A stretch of 64,000 nucleotides of DNA from an uncultured Flavobacteriales bacterium (GTDB lineage Bacteria; Bacteroidota; Bacteroidia; Flavobacteriales_F; PHOS-HE28): NCBI GenBank assembly GCA_937872175.1, contig CALMPI010000030.1:9273-73272 (forward strand), in the 5' to 3' direction. A program made the position numbers and the translations under genes. The notes beneath the pieces were generated by a model, which made no database searches, was not told the DNA's origin, and worked only from the letters and a program-made list of their open reading frames with translations. Below, piece after piece: positions 49,301-56,264 of the stretch (position 1 is the first letter of the stretch; every line of letters begins with the position of its first letter).

Positions 49301-50068
49301 GACTATGCCGCGGCCGACCCCGTGGTGAACGTGTATGCCGATGCCGGCGTGGCCCACTACGCCGGGCCCATGGAGGACTGCGCGCTGCTGAACAACCCGG
49401 CCGGCAACGTGTGGATGCCCACCTTCCCGGCATCCCCTGCGCTGGAGCCGCGCATACAGTCCACCGGTGGCACCCATGGCTACACCGCCCTGCTCGGCGC
49501 CGACGGCGAGCTCTACATCACCATCATGGGTGCTCCGCTGCCCGTCGAACTCCTCACCTTCACCGGACATCGCATCAACGAGCGCGAAGTGCGGCTCGAC
49601 TGGTCCACCGCCACCGAGCACAACAACGCGGGCTTCGAAGTGTGGCGCATGATCGAGGGCGAGGACGACTTCACCGAAGTGGGCTGGGTGGACGGCGAGG
49701 GCGACAGCCAGCAGCGCACGGACTACATCCATGTGGATGCGAACGCCACCGGCCGCCAGAGCTACTACAAGCTCAGGCAGGTGGATCATGATGGGCAGCA
49801 GGTGTGGACGGCCGTGGTGCCGGTGGCGGGTGCGCAGGCCGGCGCGCAGCTGGTGGCGTATCCGAACCCGGCCACGGACCACGTGCGGGTGGAGGGAGCG
49901 ACCGGCGAAGCACGCATGGCGCTCTTCGATGCCGCGGGCCGCATGGTGCGTGGATGGTCACCGGCGCCCCGCATCGACGGCCTGGCCGGGCTGCACCGCG
50001 GCTGCTACACCCTGGTCGTGGAGCGCGCGCCCGGGGCGAGGAGCGTGCTGCGCGTCATGCTGCAGTGA
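46364..50068 (+). CDS. Large secreted protein with two tandem beta-helix modules, PLPVEL/FN3-like domain and T9SS CTD
   Basis: Two modules, each starting L.GTYTI and ending DIGADE; PLPVELLTF..LDWSTATEHNN.GFEV; YPNPA CTD. Confidence 0.88.
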   Translation: MSRPCRPLSVAVLLSACTPALAQLSGTYTIDGSGAGDYLSFGAAIDDLNALGVNGPVLFEVTDGSYSGRATIGAVAGVSAVNTVTFRGQSLDSSLVTWSEASYTSIPSLGHNSLLRLDGARYITLEHMTLQRTGTDQYAHVVVIDGSTAHVTVRHCRLRGPTNFTAAVQDRNVIHCASGTVQADIRFEADRIEHGNHGLYWWATAGEADEVSLEGCDLHEARVWFQGITGQVHLLGNTSFHTQAANCVTALSLSGDVDISRNTLRSVGLYTTLALQQLAGTAAQPIRVANNMVIGSNSTVSLVFCDRVDLLHNSVSGAGNISNGNTAIRMLNNSWYRDLGYALTVGATATVIASDHNCYHTVSGAAVSWSGGHTAQASLTAATGLDANSLFMDPVYVDPLTDLHIQTTSPCSGTGTLAAGVTDDRDAELRPRPALSDPDIGADETDEYCFTLNGTYTIGPSVGADFPTFSAAVLKLSICGITGPVLFLVEDGVYTEAISLPAITGTSSTNTVTFRGNGADSTAVTLRYPATATSAPIDHVVRMEGADHVAFERITLERYGVASYGTIFRFRSGGGTPNDPSTHIRFTGCRFLRTGAIGFNSVMVSAANSPALNEVGTVFEGNYFNGGVYAFGNPGNAGDEWTITNNVVENVQGGITVFQASSVTISGNRVTMLGNSLFPAIKVTCGCDAAIDDNRVLTRGTALELTVAATAGAPAWVTNNTLISDLFAGHALRILGLNNHVRIVHNSVSAYSGRALFASAAAGSSDLWLLNNILASRFSHPLDAPSGAAFSDVRHNLLQKAASTLATWNGASVTTLTALQSVSGMFANSFAGASCYFDPASDLHSYSMEADGAALPFALFPTDMDGEPRSTTTPDIGADEFQPQLWSATDDLCVPADPITSTGTGTDQWIYKDRKVVARFNDNGQPLGIVQFGVFLNSGPVRQSLIGQHYLDRNWHFTTSLPMSGTAIVRLFHSADEFADYAAADPVVNVYADAGVAHYAGPMEDCALLNNPAGNVWMPTFPASPALEPRIQSTGGTHGYTALLGADGELYITIMGAPLPVELLTFTGHRINEREVRLDWSTATEHNNAGFEVWRMIEGEDDFTEVGWVDGEGDSQQRTDYIHVDANATGRQSYYKLRQVDHDGQQVWTAVVPVAGAQAGAQLVAYPNPATDHVRVEGATGEARMALFDAAGRMVRGWSPAPRIDGLAGLHRGCYTLVVERAPGARSVLRVMLQ

Positions 50069-50198
50069 CGGTGGCCCCCCGACGGAGGCTGTGCGGGCGC
50101 CGCGCGCGATGCATCGATCGCGGCAGCGGCCTCGAAGCGCGTCCTTGACCGGTGCGTTCCTTTGTCCGGGCCGGTCTTCACAGGCCTTCATGGGCGGC

Positions 50199-50268
50199 CG
50201 TTCGGCCCGATCGCCTGGTCGTTCACCCCAGATCGCGCACGCCGTTCGCGGCGGCCTGTTTAGGTTGC
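50199..50268 (+). promoter_or_regulatory. Putative LytTR direct-repeat operator plus -7 promoter box
   Basis: CGTTCGGCCC (50199), CGTTCACCCC (50220) and CGTTCGCGGC (50243); TAGGTTGC at 50261. Confidence 0.6.
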
Positions 50269-50291
50269 GGCGACCCGAACCACACGCACCC

Positions 50292-52475
50292 ATGCGCACA
50301 GCACGCCACTTCGCCACGCTTCCGGCCATCCTTCTGCTCCTGCACGCACCCGCCCAATCGCTCGACTGGGCGCACCAGGTGGGTTCCACGCAGGCGGATG
50401 TATCCCTCGCGGTCACCACCGGTGCCGCCGCCTCCGTGATCACCGTGGGCTACTTCGCGCTCACGGCGGACCTGGACCCCGGGGCGGGCACCTTCACCGT
50501 CACCAGCAACGGCAGCAGCGATGTGTTCATCCAGGCGTTGGACAGTGCAGGCGGCTTCCTGTGGGGCGGCTCCTTCGGCGCGGGTGGCGCCGACCAGGCC
50601 ATGGGCGTGGCGGCCGATGCGGCGGGCAATGTGTATGTGACCGGGCGCGTGAGCGGCACCGTGGACATCGACCCCACGGCCGGCACGGATGTGCGCGTCA
50701 CCGCCAACACCAGCTTCGATGTGTTCGTGGTGAAGCTCAGCCCCGCCGGCGACTACCTGTGGGGCCGCCTGCTCGGCGGCAACGGCAACGACTTCGGCTA
50801 CGACGTGGCCGTGGACGGCGACGGCAACTGCATCATCGGCGGGGTGCTCGGCTTCACCAGCGACATCGACCCCGGACCCGGCGTGGTGAACGCCGGCGGC
50901 AACGGCCAGCAGGACGCCTTCGTGCTGAAATTGAACGCCGCCGGCGACTTCGTGTGGGGCTTCGCCGTGGGCGGCACCGCGAACGACCTCGCGTATGGCG
51001 TGGCGGTGGATGGCGCCGACAACGTGTTCGTCTGCGGCGAGTTCCGCAACACGGTGGACTTCGACCCGAGCGCTGGCGTGCTCAGCCGCACCAGTGGCGG
51101 ATCGGACGATGCCTTCCTGCTGAAGACGAACAGCAGCGGCGCCGTGCAATGGGCCTTCGGCTTCGGCAGCACCGGCAGCGAGCGCGCGCAGGCCGTGGCC
51201 GTCGGGCCCGATGGGGCGCCCGTCCTCACCGGCCGTTTCACCAGCACCGTGGACTTCGATCCGGGGGCCGGCAGCTTCCTCCTGGCCGGCGACTTCAGCG
51301 AGCCCGCCTTCGTGGCCAAGCTGAACAGCGATGGCACCTTCGCCTGGGCCTTCATGCTCAAGAGCTTCCTCAACGAAGGCATGGACGTGGCGGTGGACAG
51401 CCTCAACAACGCGTACGTGTGCGGCAGCTTCGGCAACATCACCAACAACCCGCTGGACCTCGACCCCGGCACGGGCGTCACCCCCATCAGCGCCAACGGC
51501 GGTGGCGATGCCTTCCTTGCCAGCTACGGCCCGAGCGGCGGCTTCCTCTGGGGTTTCGGCCTGGGCAGCGCGCAGAACGACATCGCGCATGCCGTCGCGC
51601 TCGGCACGCGCGGGCGCATCCAGCTCGCCGGCGTCTTCCTGCAAACGCTCGATGCCGACCCCGGGCCCAATACGGCGTTGCTGGTTCCGCTCGGCTTTTC
51701 TGACGGCTTCACCATCCAATACACCAAACCCGATTGCGCCGGCGTCTTCGTCCGCCTCAAGGCCATCCTGGGCGCCGTGCACACACCGGCCGACTTCCTG
51801 GCCATGTCCGATCCGCTCCGGACGGCCGGGCTCATCCCCCTGGAGGAGCCGTACACGGCCATGGGCTTCACCCTGGAACAGCCCGCCGCGACCACTCCTC
51901 TGGTGTTGAGCTGGACCCTTTCCAGCGCCATCGTGGACTGGGTGCTGGTGGAGCTGCGCGATCCCGTGGACCCCACCCAGGTGCTGGCCCGCAGGGCGGC
52001 CCTGTTGCAGCGCGATGGCGATGTGGTCGAAGTGGACGGCGTGGCGCCCGTCGGCTTCTGTCTCCTCCCGGGCGACTACCATGTGGCGCTCCGCCACCGC
52101 AATCACCTGGGCGTGATGACCGCTGCGCCCGTGGCCCTGGGCAACACCCCGCTCACCATCGACCTCACCCTGCCGGCCACACCGGTCTTCGGCACCGATG
52201 CCCGCAGGGATGTGAACGGCACCCAGGTGCTCTGGCCCAATAACACCCGCTTCGACAATACGGTGAAATACACCGGAGCGGCCAATGACCGGGATGCCAT
52301 CCTCGTGCGCATCGGCGGGATCATCCCCACCGCCACCGTCGCGGGCTACTGGCCCGAGGATGCCAACATGGATGGCGTGGTGAAGTACACCGGTGCGGCC
52401 AACGACCGGGACCCGATCCTGACGACCATCGGACCGCCGCTGCCCACCGGCACCCGCACCGAACAGCTGCCCTGA
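50292..52475 (+). CDS. SBBP-repeat beta-propeller protein with C-terminal dockerin-like region (paralog of 19128-21299)
   Basis: Same architecture: QSLDWAH.., propeller repeats, DWVLVELRD, RHRNHLG, two VKYTGAANDRD repeats, ends R.EQLP. Confidence 0.86.
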   Translation: MRTARHFATLPAILLLLHAPAQSLDWAHQVGSTQADVSLAVTTGAAASVITVGYFALTADLDPGAGTFTVTSNGSSDVFIQALDSAGGFLWGGSFGAGGADQAMGVAADAAGNVYVTGRVSGTVDIDPTAGTDVRVTANTSFDVFVVKLSPAGDYLWGRLLGGNGNDFGYDVAVDGDGNCIIGGVLGFTSDIDPGPGVVNAGGNGQQDAFVLKLNAAGDFVWGFAVGGTANDLAYGVAVDGADNVFVCGEFRNTVDFDPSAGVLSRTSGGSDDAFLLKTNSSGAVQWAFGFGSTGSERAQAVAVGPDGAPVLTGRFTSTVDFDPGAGSFLLAGDFSEPAFVAKLNSDGTFAWAFMLKSFLNEGMDVAVDSLNNAYVCGSFGNITNNPLDLDPGTGVTPISANGGGDAFLASYGPSGGFLWGFGLGSAQNDIAHAVALGTRGRIQLAGVFLQTLDADPGPNTALLVPLGFSDGFTIQYTKPDCAGVFVRLKAILGAVHTPADFLAMSDPLRTAGLIPLEEPYTAMGFTLEQPAATTPLVLSWTLSSAIVDWVLVELRDPVDPTQVLARRAALLQRDGDVVEVDGVAPVGFCLLPGDYHVALRHRNHLGVMTAAPVALGNTPLTIDLTLPATPVFGTDARRDVNGTQVLWPNNTRFDNTVKYTGAANDRDAILVRIGGIIPTATVAGYWPEDANMDGVVKYTGAANDRDPILTTIGPPLPTGTRTEQLP

Positions 52476-54299
52476 ATGCGCCGCATGCCCGGGTCGATGG
52501 TGGCCGTCCCCTCCGGGTGGCGTGCCATCGTGCTGCCGTGGGTATTGCTCGGCGCCCTGTCCCTTCCCGCCCAGGTGGACAGCCTGGAACGCGTGCTGGC
52601 CGGGCTGCCGCAGGACACCTCGCGACTGCGGGTGCTGCGTGCGTTGTTCCATGCCGAGGTCTTCCGCAGGCCCGCCCGGGCCTCGACGCATGCCGAGGCC
52701 TTCGCCGCGCTGGCCGATGCCGGCGGCACCGCGCGTCAGCGCGCTCAGGCGCAGGCCATGCTGGGCCAGGCGCTCTACGTGCGTGGCGATGGCCTGCGCG
52801 CCCTGCCGCACTTCCAACGGTCACTGGCCACCTATCGCGCCGAGGGCCTCATCGGGGAGGCCGGCCTGGTGCAGGCCAACATCGCCAGCATCCTGGCCGA
52901 TGCCCGCCATTGGAACGAGGCCCGCATGGCGTATGCGCGCGCGCTGGCCGACCTCGAACAGGCCGGCGAGCACGAATGGGCCGCCGGAGCGGAGGGTGAA
53001 CTGGCCCAGGTGCTCCAGCTGCTGGGGCGGCACGACAGCGCCGCGCTGCACTACCGGCGTTCGGCCGAGGCCCTCGAACGCCACGGCATGGCCCGCCATG
53101 CGCACGAGATCCTGCTCGACGAGGCCGGTGCCCTCTTCCGCTCGGGCCGCACCACGGAGGCCGTCGACCGGTTCCGCGCCCTTGACAGCGCATCCGTCGG
53201 TGTCCCCGCACCCCTGGTCCTCATCCGGCTCCTCCTGCGCTCGGGCCGCTGGTCGCTCGCGCACGACCAGCCCGCCGACGCGGACAGCCTCCTGCGCCGC
53301 GCCCTGCGCCTGGCCGTGGACGGGGGCTTCGTGCTGGAACGCACGCTGGTGCACGAGGCCCTGAGCGACCTGGAGGTGGCCCTTGGCCGACCGGACAGCG
53401 CGCTGGCCCAGCTGCGCCGCTTCATCCAATGGAACGACACCCTGGACGCGCGCTCCGATGCCGCCGCCATCCTCGCCCTCGAACGCCGCGCCAGCGACGC
53501 GCTCTCCAAGGCCGAGCTGGAGCACCGCGCCGCCGTCATCGCCCGCCAGCGCACGCAGCTCGTCCTGGTGGGCGCGGCGGTGCTCCTTCTGGCCGCCATC
53601 GCCTTCGCCCTGGCCTTCGTGCTGCGACGCGAGCGCCGCCATCGCAACGCCCTGGCCGACCGCACCCGCGCGCTCGAGGATGCCCTTCAGGCCAAGGGCC
53701 TCCTGCTGCGCGAGATCCACCACCGGGTGAAGAACAACCTGCAGATCGTGAGCGGGTTGCTGCGCGCGCAGCTCCGCGCCATACGCGATCCCGCCGTGCG
53801 AGCGCCCGTGCGCGACGGCCTCGACCGCATCCGCAGCATGAGCCTCATCCACCAGGACCTCTACCACCACGACGGCGTGCAGGGCATCGAGATGGCCCCC
53901 TACGTGGAACGCCTTGCGCAAGGCCTGCGGCGAAGCCATGCCGTGGACGAGGACCACGTGGCCATCCACCTCGACGTGGCACCCCTGTGGCTCGATGTGG
54001 ACACGGCCATCCCGCTCGGTCTCGTCATCAACGAGCTCATCACCAACGCCCTCAAGCATGCCTTCCCCGACGGGCGCAAGGGCCGCATCGAGGTGAGCCT
54101 GCACCACGAGCGCGATGGTCTGCTCCTCACCGTCGCCGACGATGGCGTGGGCCTGCCCGAGCCCCTTCCCGCAGGGGCCGATGGCTCCGGTCTTGTGCTC
54201 GTGCGCACCTTCGCGGAGAAGCTCAAGGCCGAACAACACGTGCGCACCGGACCGGGCACCACCGTACGCCTGCGCATACACCTGCCGCCCCGAAGCTGA
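52476..54299 (+). CDS. TPR-containing sensor histidine kinase (HisKA_2 type)
   Basis: AQVDSL after the signal region, TPR-like helices, TM, EIHHRVKNNLQ, NELITNALKHAF and DDGVG; exact start uncertain. Confidence 0.9.
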   Translation: MRRMPGSMVAVPSGWRAIVLPWVLLGALSLPAQVDSLERVLAGLPQDTSRLRVLRALFHAEVFRRPARASTHAEAFAALADAGGTARQRAQAQAMLGQALYVRGDGLRALPHFQRSLATYRAEGLIGEAGLVQANIASILADARHWNEARMAYARALADLEQAGEHEWAAGAEGELAQVLQLLGRHDSAALHYRRSAEALERHGMARHAHEILLDEAGALFRSGRTTEAVDRFRALDSASVGVPAPLVLIRLLLRSGRWSLAHDQPADADSLLRRALRLAVDGGFVLERTLVHEALSDLEVALGRPDSALAQLRRFIQWNDTLDARSDAAAILALERRASDALSKAELEHRAAVIARQRTQLVLVGAAVLLLAAIAFALAFVLRRERRHRNALADRTRALEDALQAKGLLLREIHHRVKNNLQIVSGLLRAQLRAIRDPAVRAPVRDGLDRIRSMSLIHQDLYHHDGVQGIEMAPYVERLAQGLRRSHAVDEDHVAIHLDVAPLWLDVDTAIPLGLVINELITNALKHAFPDGRKGRIEVSLHHERDGLLLTVADDGVGLPEPLPAGADGSGLVLVRTFAEKLKAEQHVRTGPGTTVRLRIHLPPRS

Positions 54300-55006
54300 T
54301 GAAGCGCGACCTGCAGGTGTTGATCGTGGAGGACGAGCCCTTCATCGCCGAGGACCTCGCCACGATGCTCGGTGACCTGGGCCATGTCGTCAGCGGACGT
54401 GCGCGCGATGCCGAGGAGGCCCTGCATCTGCTTCGGTCGCGACCCCCGGACCTTGTGCTGCTGGACATCCGCCTGGGCGATGGACCGGACGGCTTCGCGG
54501 TGGCCGCATCGCTCCAGGAGCGCGGCATCCCCTTCCTCTACGTCACCTCCCATACCGATGCCGACACCCTCGCCCGCATGGGCGAGACCCGCCCGGCAGG
54601 CTTCATCCGCAAACCGTTCGATGAGGAGGACCTGCGCGCCCAGCTGGCCGTGGCCCTCACCCGCGCCGCGCCCACGGCTGCCGCCGACCTGTTCGTGCGC
54701 GACAAGGGCCGCCTGGTGCGCCTGCCCGTCAGCGAGGTGCTCTTCGCCGAGGCCGACGACAACTATGTGATCCTGCACACCGCCGAGCGCAGGCATGTGC
54801 TCGTGGCCACGCTGGCCCACATTCAGCAGCGGCTCGGTGCAACGGGCTTCGCACGGGTGCACCGCTCCTATCTGGTCAACCTCCACCGCGTGTCCGCCCT
54901 GCACGATGGGCATGTGCTCGTGGGTCCGCATCGGGTGCCCGTGGGCCGCACGCACCGCGATGCGTTGAAGGCGCGCCTGCGCATCGGGGGCACCGGCGAC
55001 CGGTGA
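54299..55006 (+). CDS. REC-LytTR response regulator
   Basis: TGATG coupling; VEDE, LLDIRLG, FIRKPFDE, FVRDKG, EADDNY and RVHRSYLV motifs. Confidence 0.94.
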   Translation: MKRDLQVLIVEDEPFIAEDLATMLGDLGHVVSGRARDAEEALHLLRSRPPDLVLLDIRLGDGPDGFAVAASLQERGIPFLYVTSHTDADTLARMGETRPAGFIRKPFDEEDLRAQLAVALTRAAPTAAADLFVRDKGRLVRLPVSEVLFAEADDNYVILHTAERRHVLVATLAHIQQRLGATGFARVHRSYLVNLHRVSALHDGHVLVGPHRVPVGRTHRDALKARLRIGGTGDR

Positions 55007-55167
55007 CCGCGCGTTGCGCTCACGGCAGCTGTGCGGCGCGCACCGCCGTGGGCGTGCTGCAACCGATCGTCCGCAGCACGATGTCCCGATCACTTGGTGC
55101 GCTGGTGCGTTTCCGACGGTCTTCATCTGGCGTTCCGCGGGCTACCTTCGTTGGCCCGCCCCCGCAC

Positions 55168-55437
55168 ATGAACTTCCGCGCCGCGCCCACACCACGGGCC
55201 ATTCCCTGGCTCCTCCTGATCGCGGTGGCGCTCGCCTGCATCGCCCTGCTCATCGACATCCTCGATGGACGGACCAGCAAGATCCTGGGGACCTTGGGTC
55301 TGACCCTTGGGCTCGCCGGCCTTGCGGCGCAGCGGCTCACAGGCAGACCGATCTTCCGTGCCGTGGCCGTTGCGGGCTTCCTGGCCTTTGTGCTCATGAC
55401 CGTTCACCGGGCCGGCGTGTACCAGGGCTGGTGGTAG
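55168..55437 (+). CDS. Small hypothetical membrane protein (about 3 TM)
   Basis: Three hydrophobic segments; -7-like TACCTTCG at 55143. Confidence 0.65.
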   Translation: MNFRAAPTPRAIPWLLLIAVALACIALLIDILDGRTSKILGTLGLTLGLAGLAAQRLTGRPIFRAVAVAGFLAFVLMTVHRAGVYQGWW

Positions 55438-55685
55438 TCCGGGTCGCCCGTCATCCTTAGGTCCGCACACCGCCGGCCAGGGTAGGACCCGCCGAACGAG
55501 GCCAGGCGGTGGGCCCTGGTGCCGGCATGGCCGGGCGACCCCGCCCAGGATGGCATCCACCCCCGCCTCCTGCCGCCACTTACGCCCCGCCCCCGGCCAC
55601 CTGCTCGGCCGGGCTCACGCACCCCCTGCCTCCGGGGCTTGCTTTGACCCACCAACGACACGGAAAACCCCAACACCCCAACGCC

Positions 55686-56201
55686 ATGACCCTCCAGCCC
55701 CACATCCGCCGCACCCTCATCCAGGCCACCCTCATCGCCGCCTGCATCACCCTCAGCATCGCCGCCGGCGCGCAGACCTTCGTCACCTTTTCGGGTGATG
55801 TGCGCATGCCCGACCAGGACCTGCACCCCGTGCGCATGACCGTGAGCGATGGCCACGAGACGATGGACGTGGTGCTGGGCCGCAACGGTGCGTACAGCTT
55901 CCACATCCCGGTGAGCGAGCGCGTGACGCTCACCCTCGAAAGCCCCGGCCACATCACCAAGGAAGTGACCATCGACACGCACGGTGTGCCCGAGGCCAAA
56001 GGGCTGTTCGCCCGCGCCGTGCGCGTGGCCTTCGACCTGGAGCTGGAGCGCCAGCCCGATGACCTGCATCTCTGCTATGCCGGCCCGGTCGGCCACATCG
56101 CCTTCACGGAGAACGACGGCATCACCGTGCCCGTGATCCGCCCGGTGGAACAGGACCTCTCCATCACCGAGCTGCGCGCCGAGGCCACCAGCGCCCGGTG
56201 A
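55686..56201 (+). CDS. Hypothetical secreted beta-rich protein
   Basis: Signal peptide ending AGA-Q, host-like codon usage, followed by a terminator. Confidence 0.75.
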   Translation: MTLQPHIRRTLIQATLIAACITLSIAAGAQTFVTFSGDVRMPDQDLHPVRMTVSDGHETMDVVLGRNGAYSFHIPVSERVTLTLESPGHITKEVTIDTHGVPEAKGLFARAVRVAFDLELERQPDDLHLCYAGPVGHIAFTENDGITVPVIRPVEQDLSITELRAEATSAR

Positions 56202-56221
56202 ACCGGATCGCCGCATGCGGA

Positions 56222-56245
56222 AAAGGGCGCCTTCGGGCGCCCTTT
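56222..56245. terminator. Bidirectional rho-independent terminator
   Basis: AAAGGGCGCC-TTCG-GGCGCCCTTT perfect hairpin between convergent genes. Confidence 0.85.
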
Positions 56246-56264
56246 CGCGTTGTGGTGCGGTGGT

